Shown one piece after another: positions 38,001-47,338 of a stretch of 64,000 nucleotides of DNA. Below the pieces are notes generated by a model that ran no database searches, was not told where the DNA came from, and saw only the letters and a list, made by a program, of their open reading frames with translations. A program made the translations under genes and the position numbers. The stretch is taken from the NCBI GenBank assembly GCA_035637115.1, contig DASPXV010000059.1:24242-88241 (forward strand), given 5' to 3'. This stretch comes from Vicinamibacterales bacterium (GTDB lineage Bacteria > Acidobacteriota > Vicinamibacteria > Vicinamibacterales > 2-12-FULL-66-21). Within the stretch, counting starts at the first letter, position 1. Every line of letters begins with the position of its first letter.

Positions 38001-39615
38001 CGCCAGCGACCACCGTGGCTGTAGGCGCGCCAAAGGCCCGCGGCACGATCTGGATCGCCCCCTCACCGGGCTTCAAATCGTCGACGCGCGCCTTGCCAAT
38101 CTTCAGGAGCTGGCGCACCAGCTCGTTGTCCCGTCCGACGAGGATCGGATTCGGTTCCGCGGAGGGGTTTGTGATCTTGCGGCCGTCGCGCGCGAGCGGG
38201 AGCGTGATGCCTGTCGTCTCGAGACCCAGACGCGTCGCGATGTGGGCGGCGCCGAATGATTCCTTCGCGTTGCCGACCACGATCGCCGTCTCGAGGCGAT
38301 CGGGCAACAGGTCGACATATGAATCGCCGAACCATCCTTCGATTGAGTACGCGTTCGACAGATCGAAGGTCTTTGCCGGAATCGGAGCTACTTGCGCGCC
38401 GAACGGTCCGCCACCACCGCCCGCTTCCGTCGCAGCCGCATTTGCCGGCGGGGCCGTTCCGCCGCCGGGGCCGGAAGCCACACCTTCGGGTGTCTGCGCT
38501 TCGCCGCGGCCGCCGCCCGTGGCAGCCTCAGTTGGCGGAGGTGTTGTAGCAATGTCGCCGCGACCGGCGCCTCTTCCCGCGCCCGCAGGTTCCGTCGTTT
38601 CACCACCGCGACCGGCAGCCTCTCCGCGACCCGCGGCCTCTCCGCGACCCGCGGCCTCTCCGCGGCCGGCGCCGCGTCCGACCGCCGGAGCCGCCGCAAT
38701 AATAGTTGCGCCGCGGCCGAGTTCGTCGTCGGGCGGGGTCAGCGTGCGCGGATTCAATCCGGAGCGCCGCACCGTGGCGACGCCCGCCTTGCGCCCGTCC
38801 GCCCAGATCTCCACGACCGTCGCCGCCGCATTCATGTAATTAAGCGTGTCCGGCTCGAGACCGCGCCGGTGGGCGAGGTCAAGGTCCTCGATGACTCTCG
38901 TCGCTCTCGAGACGTCGCCCGGCGCGACGTCGAGCCGCAACGTGAGCTGCGCGAGACCGCGGCGATCGCTGTCCACGAGCATCGACGTGACGCCACGAAC
39001 CGTACCAACGAGGGCACGCGTGCGGAGGTAACCTGCGGCCTGGCTCTCCGCTTGTGAGATGCGCGCGCCGGTCGCGCCCCATAAGCGCGGGAGATTGACG
39101 GCGAGTTCATTCGCGGCGTTCAGCGTCCCCTCATCGTCCGCTCCCGCAATCGCGATCCCGTCCGGACCGCCGAGTGGAGACACGACGACGGCGAGCAGGC
39201 CCTGCCCTTTCTTGAGAGGCTTGAGATCGAGCGCGCCGCGCTCAATCAATCGCGCGATGTACTGGTTCCCGCGGCCGACGAGTATCGGAACCGCGATCGC
39301 GGCTGGCTGCTGCACGTCCGGCGCCTTGAGGACGACGGGAAGCGACAGCGCGGTCGTTTCGAACCCGAGGCGTCCCGCGATGTTCGCGGCCGCCTGGATG
39401 TCTTCGACCGAAGGCTCAGCCGCAACGATGACGCGTGCAGCGACGCTGTCGGCAAGGCCGTCTCCGTTCGTGTCGCGGACCGCGCCCGCGGCGATCGAGT
39501 AGATCGAGGCGAGTCCGGTGAGCTCGGCATGCTGTGCCGCGGCGGATTCGTCGCGCGGCGGATGCAGGCACATGAAGACAATGAGTGCGCCGAGCGCGGG
39601 TACGAAGCGTTTCAT
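35086..39615 (-). CDS. Very large secreted protein with a C-terminal M14 zinc-carboxypeptidase domain
   Basis: 1509 aa with a signal peptide and a duplicated N-terminal module (IAGRLGFETTALSLP.../IATRLGLETTGITLP...). The M14 motifs are ...ISGRQHANEVSS... (HxxE) and ...HPMTNPDG... Confidence 0.8.
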   Translation of the reverse strand: MKRFVPALGALIVFMCLHPPRDESAAAQHAELTGLASIYSIAAGAVRDTNGDGLADSVAARVIVAAEPSVEDIQAAANIAGRLGFETTALSLPVVLKAPDVQQPAAIAVPILVGRGNQYIARLIERGALDLKPLKKGQGLLAVVVSPLGGPDGIAIAGADDEGTLNAANELAVNLPRLWGATGARISQAESQAAGYLRTRALVGTVRGVTSMLVDSDRRGLAQLTLRLDVAPGDVSRATRVIEDLDLAHRRGLEPDTLNYMNAAATVVEIWADGRKAGVATVRRSGLNPRTLTPPDDELGRGATIIAAAPAVGRGAGRGEAAGRGEAAGRGEAAGRGGETTEPAGAGRGAGRGDIATTPPPTEAATGGGRGEAQTPEGVASGPGGGTAPPANAAATEAGGGGGPFGAQVAPIPAKTFDLSNAYSIEGWFGDSYVDLLPDRLETAIVVGNAKESFGAAHIATRLGLETTGITLPLARDGRKITNPSAEPNPILVGRDNELVRQLLKIGKARVDDLKPGEGAIQIVPRAFGAPTATVVAGADPAGTNAAAWYLARRLPYLWDTARGAVSLDDVKEHAGDFLALKTGGGQASLAIRELDDVLKTLDGKTIESFEAKVYLEAANPAFEKYFAARAKASPFLKDTPVTVNSQGITDPVTVFDDKFDIPWEVDDFWSKFRSDVLPKVKAGSTVTLETRLSESPALRKSIAAQAREELVKAGAKDPSVKVLSAYKQGYLWLTEQVLPELKGKSAKSVYIKVATNNPDLTKKYRFHEVPSRWLHELYPADEIFERDLGLPKAAFQMELVDAAKDTYSLEAQNASGQVVYKAAFSPKWVEREYLEKFPGWTRVKVTTGWIAATVDGASAIDQRIATDPERFWDVYQQKELPKVYDYVMRTTGNRPTADKQPYHRDFDIEVWMSEPDFSIGIDQELVSSLESLHEDLYFDTLDFFVAIGRSLSATNARLNAPGKVFPIIHPSREGKPGSARVLYAGNAAPRARLEISYKEKGQERPTRVQRDLARIEGTGPLAVRTVVTSDRVNEIELQIEPRDDREALRAADMLDNFARLHEAGLYKTELSYARVDRVAVAIATKDGRGRLLLPSTGEFAPSNVRTADARPKGAFVPFDQIIDPDQSEALIRKLAAFPEVKAYKVGHSYRGRDISILEVTLPTQSEMISVAKYSALKPTIFISGRQHANEVSSTNHILKLGELLVTDPSYKEILKKVNVILHPMTNPDGAQMAYDLQKLTPTHMLHAGRYSALGQDVESNSALLPESQVRGKVWREWLPDIYLNPHGYPSHEWVQQFAGYVPPGFRTYWSTRGWYTNLSGVRDPREPDLIQATEALREDIVKEINRNADVRAMNLRSQARYRKWAYGFSPSVYGQEIYKDTAIYYTDPETGEPRGSRRIPTPGSGGRGGGSGGGRAMNQYPQVTFNVGMTEAPDETAQGDWLNLVSRAGFSFLMAHVNYLRDGQFTIERIEEPGTRDAVSLTMLRVRPVKPGKGARTAISSSPSSPQR
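38618..38671 (-). repeat. 18-bp coding tandem repeat (x3) encoding AGRGEA units
   Basis: GCCTCTCCGCGACCCGCG occurs twice in identical form, followed by one diverged copy. Confidence 0.7.
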
Positions 39616-39627
39616 TGGGATTCTTTC

Positions 39628-40389
39628 CTAGAGGGAACGAACATGGATGCCGGCGGCTTCGAGCCCGGCCCGGATCCGTTTCGTGAGCAGGGGCGCGCCA
39701 GGCGTGTCGCCGTGGACGCAAATCGTATCGATCTTCATCGGTATCTCGGCGCGCTCGATGGTGAGCACCACGCCGTCGCGGACCATGCGAACGGCACGGT
39801 CCACGACGACTGCGGCATCGTGCACCACTGCGCCGGGACGCGATCGCGGCGTCAACGATCCGTCAGGCTCGTACGCGCGATCGGCGAATCCTTCCGATGC
39901 CGCGCGCAGTCCGGCCGCAAGGGCCGCATCGATCATTGGCGACTTCGGCAGGGCGAACATGATGAGCGCCGGATCGCAGGCTTTGATCGCTCGCGCGATC
40001 GCGTCGGCGAGGCGGCAATCCCGCGCGGCCATGTTGTACAGCGCGCCATGCGCCTTCACATGACGCATGGGTACCTGTTCCGCGCGTGCGATTGCCGAAA
40101 GCGCTCCGATTTGCGCGATGAGCGAATCCTCGATTTCCGACGGATCCACCGGGAACTCGCGGCGGCCGAAGCCCTGGAGATCGGCGAAGCCAGGATGCGC
40201 GCCGACGGAGACGCCGTGCTGCTTCGCGAGCCGCACGGTACGCCGCATCACGGAAGGATCACCCGCGTGCGCGCCGCAGGCGATGTTCGCGGAGGTGATG
40301 TTCGGCATCACCTCCGCGTCGGCGCCCATCGTCCAGGCGCCGAACGATTCCCCCATGTCGCAGTTGATATCGACGGTCAGAACTTCCAT
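39628..40389 (-). CDS. pxpA: 5-oxoprolinase subunit A (LamB/YcsF family)
   Basis: MEVLTVDINCDMGESFGAW...NIACGAHAGDP...VGAHPGFADLQGFGRR... Confidence 0.85.
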   Translation of the reverse strand: MEVLTVDINCDMGESFGAWTMGADAEVMPNITSANIACGAHAGDPSVMRRTVRLAKQHGVSVGAHPGFADLQGFGRREFPVDPSEIEDSLIAQIGALSAIARAEQVPMRHVKAHGALYNMAARDCRLADAIARAIKACDPALIMFALPKSPMIDAALAAGLRAASEGFADRAYEPDGSLTPRSRPGAVVHDAAVVVDRAVRMVRDGVVLTIERAEIPMKIDTICVHGDTPGAPLLTKRIRAGLEAAGIHVRSL

Positions 40390-43301
40390 CTCACCGCGAA
40401 TTCCGCCTGACGCGACGGCGCGTTGATGTTGGCGAGCAGTGACTGGCTCTGGCCGAAGAGCGGACGCCCCTTCAAGTCGTTGGCGGCCGTGATGCTGCCG
40501 TTCGGCGTCGCGAAGTTCGCGCGGTTGAACACGTTGAACAGCTGCGCGATGAACTCGACCTGGTGACCGGCCGCGAGGCTGAAAAACTTCGAGAACCGCA
40601 GATCGACGTTCGCGAAGCCCGGGCAATCAACCTGCGTGACTGCGGTCAGGTTGCGCGAGGCGCGAATCGCATTGATCGTGTCCAGATTGAGGCCACGGCA
40701 GCCGGATCCCGGCAGCACGCCAGCCGGCAGATCCCCCGTGTAGCCATCGTTATTCAGATCGCCGAGCGCGCTCGACGGGCTGAATGGCAGGCTCGATCGG
40801 AAATCGCCGATCGCCGAGACCTGCGCTTGTCCCGGGAGCTGCACGATGCCGCTGACGACCAGCCGGTGGCGCCGGTCCGCCGTGCCGTACCGGTCCACGT
40901 TGTAATACCCGTAACGGTCCCCGAGGCTGTTCACGAAGTTCTGGTCCTTCGCATAGGACAGCGTATACGACGTCAGGAACTGGTAGTGGTGAGACATGCG
41001 CTTCTCCACCTTGACCAGCAGTGCACGATACGTGTTGTCCGCAGTGGACTGCCAGAAACTCACGCGATTGAACTGCGGATACAACTTCACGCGCGTGGTC
41101 TGATTCGGGATGTTCGGGTCGACCGTGTCGCGATCGGAATAGCGGTTGATGAACGACCAGTCGGCGGTGACGGCGAACTGGCGCATGACGATGCGGTTCA
41201 CTCCAACATTGAACTGGTGGGCGTAGGGATTGACCGTGGCATTCGACATCACGCTGATGTTCGGTGGGGCGGTGGAGACGAACTGGCTCCGCGAGGCCCC
41301 CTGATAAGGATCGGGAAAGCTCGGACGGTTGATCGTAACCGCCTGCGCCTGCGGCCACGTCAGCTCGCCGAAGTTCTGCAGCGTCCGCATGTTGTCGTAG
41401 AACATGCCGTAGCCGGCGTGGATGTTCATCACGCCGTTGCGCTGCGGGTCCCACGCGACACCGACGCGAGGGCCGAAGTTATTGAAATCGCCGCGGCCTG
41501 ACTTCGGCTGCGCGATGACCGAAGGATCGACCGGGAACGTGCCGTTGCGTCCGAGCTTGTCCTGGATCTTGCCGAGAAGACCGGGGATGTCCTCGTTGAA
41601 CGATCCCTTCTGCAGGTCGTATCGCAGTCCGAGATTGAACGTGAGGCCGTCGCGCGCCTTCCAGTCGTCCTGGAGGTAGGTCGCAAACGTGTGCGTCGGA
41701 ATGTCCGCGTAGGTTGGCAGTGATTCGCTGTAGTTCGTCGGCCAGGTCGACGTATCGTTCGCGTTGTACACGGCGTCCTTCGGGAACGTCCAGCTCCCGA
41801 ACGGAGAGTTCGTCAGGTCTCCCTGGAACGGGATGTAGCTGTAATCCATGCCGATCTTCCACTGGTGGGAGCCGCCCCATCCCTGCATGAGATGCGAGAG
41901 GTCATCCTTGATCTGGTATCGGTGCTCCGGTCCCATCTGGGCGTTGCCGCAGCCGCCGATGATGACGGCGGGATAGCTGAACACCGGTGTGCACAGCTTG
42001 ATGCGTTCGGTGAAATCGCCAGGCTCCCAGTCGCCGTGGCTATAGGGCGGCGCCACCTGGTATTTGGAGTAGGCGTACTGGAACCTGACGTCGTTCAGCG
42101 AGCGCGGACCGATGATCCATGTATGGCTGCCCACGGCGGACTGTCGCGGCACGCCGAAATCGAAGCTCGCGCTCGGCGTCGTCCGGCCGCCCGTCGTGAT
42201 GATGGGACGGTACTCGTCTTCGGCGCCAAAGCGGAAGAAGACGCTCTGGCTCGCCGAAAGCTGGTGATCGATCTTGGTGTTATAGGTCCAGCGCGTCTGC
42301 TTGCTGGGGAACACGCCCTGGTACTGCGGCCAGATGCCGTTAGTATTGATCGTGAAGTTCTGCTGCTCTTTGGTTCCCTCGTACGCGAAAAAGAAGTGCG
42401 TCTTGTTCTGCACGATCGGGCCGCCGACAGTGCCGCCGTACTGATAGCGGTGATACTTCGGTTCGTTCGTTCCCTCGGGCACCTTCTGGGCGGCATCGAG
42501 CTGCTTCTGCGGATATTCCTCGGCGGTGATGCGCGAATCGCGCACGAACATCAGTCCCGATCCGTGTATCTGGTTCGTGCCGGACTTCGTCACGACGGTA
42601 AGGAGGCCGCCCGTTGCCAGGCCGTACTCGGCCTTGTAGTTCGATGTGGAGACCTTGAACTCCTGGATCGCGTCCATCGCGAAGTTCTGCCGCGGTTCTC
42701 CCATCTCGGCCCACGTGTTGTTCACGCCGTCCACGACGAAGCCGTTCGAATACTCGCGCGTGCCGCCGCCGATGTTGACGTTGCCGCGGTAGAAGAATCC
42801 GCGAATGTTGTCCTGTGATGTCCCCGGCGTCAGCATCGCCAGGTCGATCCACCGCCGTGAGGCAACAGGCAAATCCTGGATCTGTATCGTCGAAACCGAC
42901 GTGGATACGTCCGACTTCGTCGTATCGACGATCGGCGATTCGGCGGTGACCGTGAGCTCTTCGGAGACCGCCGCGGGCTTGAGCGTGAAATTGATGACGG
43001 CGTCCTGGTCGATGACGAGCACGATCTCCGGACGCTTTTCGGTGCTGAATCCCTGCATCTCCGCGGTCACGGAATAGGATCCGGGCGGCAGGGCCGGCAC
43101 TCGATACTCACCGGCCGCCTCTGTCACCGCCGACCTGGTCAGGCCGGTGGCAAGATTTCTGGCCGTGACAATTGCCCCGGGCAACACGCCACCGGACTGA
43201 TCTTTCAGGGTTCCGGAGATCTGGGCGTTTTGCGCGAACGCGGGCGCCGCAAACAGCACGCCGGCGATCGTGAAGGCGAGAGACAGGATTCGCATCCGCA
43301 T
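40377..43301 (-). CDS. TonB-dependent receptor-like outer-membrane protein with an N-terminal carboxypeptidase-regulatory-like domain (Oar-like)
   Basis: The signal peptide is MRMRILSLAFTIAGVLFAAPAFAQ. It is followed by ISGTLKDQSGGVLPGAIVTARN...GEYRVPALPPGSY... The C-terminus ends ...FAVRWKF. Confidence 0.8.
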   Translation of the reverse strand: MRMRILSLAFTIAGVLFAAPAFAQNAQISGTLKDQSGGVLPGAIVTARNLATGLTRSAVTEAAGEYRVPALPPGSYSVTAEMQGFSTEKRPEIVLVIDQDAVINFTLKPAAVSEELTVTAESPIVDTTKSDVSTSVSTIQIQDLPVASRRWIDLAMLTPGTSQDNIRGFFYRGNVNIGGGTREYSNGFVVDGVNNTWAEMGEPRQNFAMDAIQEFKVSTSNYKAEYGLATGGLLTVVTKSGTNQIHGSGLMFVRDSRITAEEYPQKQLDAAQKVPEGTNEPKYHRYQYGGTVGGPIVQNKTHFFFAYEGTKEQQNFTINTNGIWPQYQGVFPSKQTRWTYNTKIDHQLSASQSVFFRFGAEDEYRPIITTGGRTTPSASFDFGVPRQSAVGSHTWIIGPRSLNDVRFQYAYSKYQVAPPYSHGDWEPGDFTERIKLCTPVFSYPAVIIGGCGNAQMGPEHRYQIKDDLSHLMQGWGGSHQWKIGMDYSYIPFQGDLTNSPFGSWTFPKDAVYNANDTSTWPTNYSESLPTYADIPTHTFATYLQDDWKARDGLTFNLGLRYDLQKGSFNEDIPGLLGKIQDKLGRNGTFPVDPSVIAQPKSGRGDFNNFGPRVGVAWDPQRNGVMNIHAGYGMFYDNMRTLQNFGELTWPQAQAVTINRPSFPDPYQGASRSQFVSTAPPNISVMSNATVNPYAHQFNVGVNRIVMRQFAVTADWSFINRYSDRDTVDPNIPNQTTRVKLYPQFNRVSFWQSTADNTYRALLVKVEKRMSHHYQFLTSYTLSYAKDQNFVNSLGDRYGYYNVDRYGTADRRHRLVVSGIVQLPGQAQVSAIGDFRSSLPFSPSSALGDLNNDGYTGDLPAGVLPGSGCRGLNLDTINAIRASRNLTAVTQVDCPGFANVDLRFSKFFSLAAGHQVEFIAQLFNVFNRANFATPNGSITAANDLKGRPLFGQSQSLLANINAPSRQAEFAVRWKF

Positions 43302-43368
43302 GACAAGCTCCTCCCCACTGCAGTTGTGGGGCGAGAGTAATGAGCGGGTGCGCCGGTGTCAACCAGCT

Positions 43369-44820
43369 TTACATGCGCAGCACGGCGGCAATAATGACGA
43401 TGCCGTCGAAAAACGTGCCGAGACGCAGGTTCTCGTTCTCCTCGTGCTGGTTGTTATCGAAATTGACGATCGGCACGATGAGCGCCGGAAATCCGAGCGC
43501 CTCGATGAACGGCGCGATAGGAACGGTACCGCCGAGCGTCCGCAGCTGCACTGGAGGCGCGCCGAACGTCTGCGTCACAGAAGCGACCAGCGCACGCGCC
43601 CGTGGATCGGATGTAGACGTGCGGAACGCGTTGATCAGCGGGCCGTCGATCGCGAACCGCGCGATCTTCGTATAACGCGCGCGAGTCGCATCGTCGGGAT
43701 CGGCATCAACGAGGTGATATCCCTGCTTCTGGATATGTGCGCGCAGCTTGGCAACGAGGTCTGTCGCGGGTGTCTCCTTTACGAGCCTCAGATCCAGTGC
43801 CGCCGTCGCGCGATCGGGCACGATCGTCCTCGCGCCCGCGCCGACGAACGAGCTCGCCAGCCCGCGGATGTTCAAGGTCGGATACTGCATTGCGTCCTGC
43901 AGCTTCGGGTACGCCTTCTCCGGCGCCGCGACACCGAACGTGCGCAGCATCCGCTCTGAATCGTCCGGAACGGCATCGAGCATCGCGCGCTCGTCCGCGG
44001 TCAGCGGAACAACGGCGTCGTTATAGCCCGCCACCAGCACGCGGCCGTCGTCATCCTTCATCGACCCGAGGAGCGACGCGAGACGCATCGCCGGGTTCGG
44101 CATCCAGTTCCCGTAGTTGCCGCTGTGGACGCCGCTCTTCGGCCCGTAGACGGTGAGATCCACCGTCGCGATACCGCGCGCGCCGTAGACGACCGTCGGC
44201 CGGCCGCTCGAGTGCGCGGGACCATCAAGAATCACCATCAGATCGGCGCGCAGCTTGTCGCGGTAGCGCGCGATCGCCGGCACGAGGCTCGGCGAACTCG
44301 CTTCTTCCTCGCCGTCGAGGATGACGTGAATGTTCGACGTCAGCTCCAGATTGGATCGCTTCAGCGCGTCGATCGCCGCCATGAGCGCAACGATCGGCCC
44401 CTTATCGTCCGATGCGGATCGCGCGTAGATGCGAGCGTCCGCGCCTTCACCACGGATGACGGGCTCGAACGGATCGGTCTGGTTCCACTTCTTTGGATCG
44501 ACCGGCTGGCCGTCATAGTGGCAATAGAACAGGATCGTGCGCGGCTTCTGCGCGTCGATCGCGCCATAGACCAGCGGGTTCCCCTCGGTCTCCAGCAATT
44601 CCGTCTTGAACTCACGCCCGGCCAGCATCCGCTGCAGGTGCTCCGCGTTGCGCCTGATGTTCGGCCGGTCCGCCGCTACGTTCGGAATGGCCAGCAGCGC
44701 CATCAGCTCGTCGACAATGGCCTTCTGGTGCTGCGCGACGTCGCTGCTGACCCGCTGCCGCAGGTCGTTCGCCTGCCCGATCAGAGCGGCGAACAGAACC
44801 GGAACAAGAACCCTGAACAT
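43369..44820 (-). CDS. M20-family dipeptidase
   Basis: A signal-like N-terminus is followed by ...FYCHYDGQP..., ...SASDDKGP... and ...LDGEEEASS... Confidence 0.8.
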   Translation of the reverse strand: MFRVLVPVLFAALIGQANDLRQRVSSDVAQHQKAIVDELMALLAIPNVAADRPNIRRNAEHLQRMLAGREFKTELLETEGNPLVYGAIDAQKPRTILFYCHYDGQPVDPKKWNQTDPFEPVIRGEGADARIYARSASDDKGPIVALMAAIDALKRSNLELTSNIHVILDGEEEASSPSLVPAIARYRDKLRADLMVILDGPAHSSGRPTVVYGARGIATVDLTVYGPKSGVHSGNYGNWMPNPAMRLASLLGSMKDDDGRVLVAGYNDAVVPLTADERAMLDAVPDDSERMLRTFGVAAPEKAYPKLQDAMQYPTLNIRGLASSFVGAGARTIVPDRATAALDLRLVKETPATDLVAKLRAHIQKQGYHLVDADPDDATRARYTKIARFAIDGPLINAFRTSTSDPRARALVASVTQTFGAPPVQLRTLGGTVPIAPFIEALGFPALIVPIVNFDNNQHEENENLRLGTFFDGIVIIAAVLRM

Positions 44821-44835
44821 GAGACCCTCAGAACT

Positions 44836-47046
44836 TCAGAACTCGATGAGAATGCCCACCGACGGAACGATCGGCAGCATCGAGTCGAACGGCCGCGACA
44901 CAGATCGCGACGACACGTTGATCACCGGTGGATCGAACCGCACGTTGGCGCGATTCAGCACGTTGATCACTTCGGCAAAAAGGGTGAGCCGCCGTCTCGA
45001 CCAGTCGAATGCCCGGTTCGCGCGGAGATCCAGGCGCGCGTAAACCGGCAGCCTCGCGCCGTTTCGTACATCGCTCAACTGGTACACGTCCGTACCGGAT
45101 TCCTTGGCATAGTAGCCGGGAATCGGGAAGTTGCTGCCGACGCGCAGCTTCGTGACAAAGCTGACGCGATCGGAGTGCCGGTACATGGCGTACGCGTTCA
45201 GTGTGTGGCGCTGATCGTTGTCCCCCCAGAACGATTCGTGCGAGACAACGTCCATGTCGCGGTTACGGCTATACGCGTAAGAGAACCAGCCGGAAATCCC
45301 CGCACGGGCGACCGTGCGCTGCACCATCAGCTCGACGCCGCGCGCGAAACCGTCAAGCCGGTTCTCGTACTTGGAGCTCGCGAGACGGCGGACGACGCGG
45401 CCGTTTACGACCCGCGTTTCATTGCCGAACTGCCTCAGCATCTGATCCTCTTCGCGGTCATACACTGTTGCGGTGAGTCGTAGAGAACGCGAAAGCCGCT
45501 GCTCGACGCCGATGTCGAACTGTGAGGCGCGTTCCGGAACGAGCCCGACGCCGCCCGACGCGCCGAGCACCTTGTCGAAGTCCGCGAACTGCTGATACTG
45601 TCCGGCGGCGCCGCGAATCTTGAATCCTTCGAACGCACGCCACTCCGCCTGGATCCACGGCGACGTCGTGGACTGCCGCGTCAGGTTCCAGTGATCCGCG
45701 CGCAGACCGGGCGCGATCGTGAGCGTTGAGCGTGGAGACCACTTCAGCAGGGCGTAACCGCCGGTCGCCGCTCCATTCGCGCTGTAGTCGTCGAGCTGCG
45801 CAAGCGTGAGGCGGTTGGACGCGAGGCGGCGTCTCACTCGCCGGTCGTCGCGACGCTCCGCCTCGCCACCGGCGTCCAACTCCAGCGCCGGGCTGACGAC
45901 GAACCTCGCATCCGCGCGATACGCGAGCTGACGATCTTTGCCGTTGTCGAGCTCGACGTCGGCCTGGTTCTCGTTCCTGAAATGGTTTTCGGCCGCGAGT
46001 ACGCGCTGCGTGAGAATCACGCGCGGCCGCGCGATGCGCCACGACGCAACGCCGACGACGGCCGCGTTCGTCGCATCGTAGACGTCGTCGATGTCGTGCT
46101 CCCCCGGCTCGTTCTGAAAACGTGAGTGCCCGGAGAGCAGCGTGACGTCGACGTGCTGCGACGGCGACACGTCGTACGCGAGCCGTGCCTGCGCATCCGC
46201 GAAGCCAAAGCTGACCCCGTGTTCCGTGAGATGACGAACCAGGTGATCGATGTACGACTGCCGTCCCGACACGAGCCAGGAGCCGCGGCGGTTCCGTCCG
46301 AACGGTCCTTCCGCGACAGCGGAGGCGCTCGTTCCGCTGACCGCGACGCGAAAGATGCGACGGTCCCGCGCCCCTTCGCGCAACCGGAAGTCCACCTCCG
46401 CCCCTGTATGTCCGCCATAACGCTGCGGATAGCCGCCGTTGAGCAGCGTCACGTCGTCCAGCACATCGCTGTTGATCATGGCGACGGAACCCGTCGGCCC
46501 GCGGTCCTCCACGCCGCGGACGGTGTGCAGCAGGTAGGGCGTGGCGAAGCCGTCGACGGTGAACGTGAGATGGCGGAAGTCGCTGCCGCGCACGGTGAAC
46601 TCACTGCGAAGATCGTCGCCGGTCGCGACGCCGGGGAGCACCTGCACCGCGCGAAGGGGATCGTCGGCAAGCACGCCGCGCAGGTTCAGGAGCTCAGCGC
46701 TGCCAAGGACGGATGCGGACGGAACGGGATCGGGCGGTGATCGGAACGTATCCCCTCTGACCGTCACGGACTCGCTGTAGGCGGTCGTCCCCTCGCTCAA
46801 TCGCACCACGACGGACGTGTTGTCCCGCGCGACCACTACTTGGGCTCTGAACACGGCGTAGCCGACGACAGAGACGTAGAGGCGGTGGACGCCTGGCGCG
46901 AGTCCCTCGATGCGCCAGGCACCGTCCGCGCCGGTCAGCACCGCCTGCCCGGTGTCTTCGATGACCACGCGGACACGTTCCAGCGGTGCCCCTGTCCGCG
47001 CATCGACCACCTGCCCGGCGAGAGGGGTCAAACCGGGGTCAGACAC
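44836..47046 (-). CDS. TonB-dependent receptor with a carboxypeptidase-regulatory-like domain; the true start probably lies upstream of the called GTG
   Basis: ...GQVVDARTGAPLERVRVVIEDTG...GAWRIEGLAPGVHRLYV... is followed by plug and barrel regions, ending ...VGILIEF. The called N-terminus lacks a signal peptide. Confidence 0.75.
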   Translation of the reverse strand: MSDPGLTPLAGQVVDARTGAPLERVRVVIEDTGQAVLTGADGAWRIEGLAPGVHRLYVSVVGYAVFRAQVVVARDNTSVVVRLSEGTTAYSESVTVRGDTFRSPPDPVPSASVLGSAELLNLRGVLADDPLRAVQVLPGVATGDDLRSEFTVRGSDFRHLTFTVDGFATPYLLHTVRGVEDRGPTGSVAMINSDVLDDVTLLNGGYPQRYGGHTGAEVDFRLREGARDRRIFRVAVSGTSASAVAEGPFGRNRRGSWLVSGRQSYIDHLVRHLTEHGVSFGFADAQARLAYDVSPSQHVDVTLLSGHSRFQNEPGEHDIDDVYDATNAAVVGVASWRIARPRVILTQRVLAAENHFRNENQADVELDNGKDRQLAYRADARFVVSPALELDAGGEAERRDDRRVRRRLASNRLTLAQLDDYSANGAATGGYALLKWSPRSTLTIAPGLRADHWNLTRQSTTSPWIQAEWRAFEGFKIRGAAGQYQQFADFDKVLGASGGVGLVPERASQFDIGVEQRLSRSLRLTATVYDREEDQMLRQFGNETRVVNGRVVRRLASSKYENRLDGFARGVELMVQRTVARAGISGWFSYAYSRNRDMDVVSHESFWGDNDQRHTLNAYAMYRHSDRVSFVTKLRVGSNFPIPGYYAKESGTDVYQLSDVRNGARLPVYARLDLRANRAFDWSRRRLTLFAEVINVLNRANVRFDPPVINVSSRSVSRPFDSMLPIVPSVGILIEF

Positions 47047-47102
47047 GGGTCTGACTCCGGTTTGAGCCCGGTCTGACCCCGGTTTGACCCCGGTTTGACC
47101 CC
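47025..47102. repeat. REP-like palindromic repeat cluster
   Basis: GGGGTCAAACCGGGGTCAGAC (47025..47045) is followed by its reverse complement twice. The copy at 47049..47069 has 2 mismatches and the copy at 47071..47091 is perfect. An extra GGTTTGACCCC follows. Confidence 0.8.
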
Positions 47103-47304
47103 ACGCCGGGGACGCGAGGAAAAGCGCGAGAAACCAAAAGTGTGATCGCAGCGGCGATTTTTGTCGCTGGGCTGAGCGCGAGATCCGCCGAAATGCCAGG
47201 AAAAACAGCGGTACGTCCCTTGCTCAATAGGGTGGTGCAGACGGTCTGTATATTTACGGCAGGGAGCCGTGAGTTGCTGGGGAGCCGGGCCGGCTGCAAA
47301 TCCT

Positions 47305-47338
47305 AAGGGCACCGTTGAAAAGCGGTGCCCTTTTTTTA
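47305..47338. terminator. Intrinsic terminator hairpin (T7 tract on the plus strand, weaker U-rich tail on the minus strand)
   Basis: AAGGGCACCG-ttgaaaag-CGGTGCCCTT followed by TTTTTTT. It lies 62 nt downstream of the minus-strand DGQHR gene stop. Confidence 0.65.

Noticed and set aside
38580-38700. Tandem repeats that might suggest a CRISPR array or VNTR locus
   Set aside because: The units are 18 bp, directly abutting with no spacers, in frame inside the large M14 ORF, and they encode AGRGEA. This is a coding low-complexity repeat, not CRISPR.
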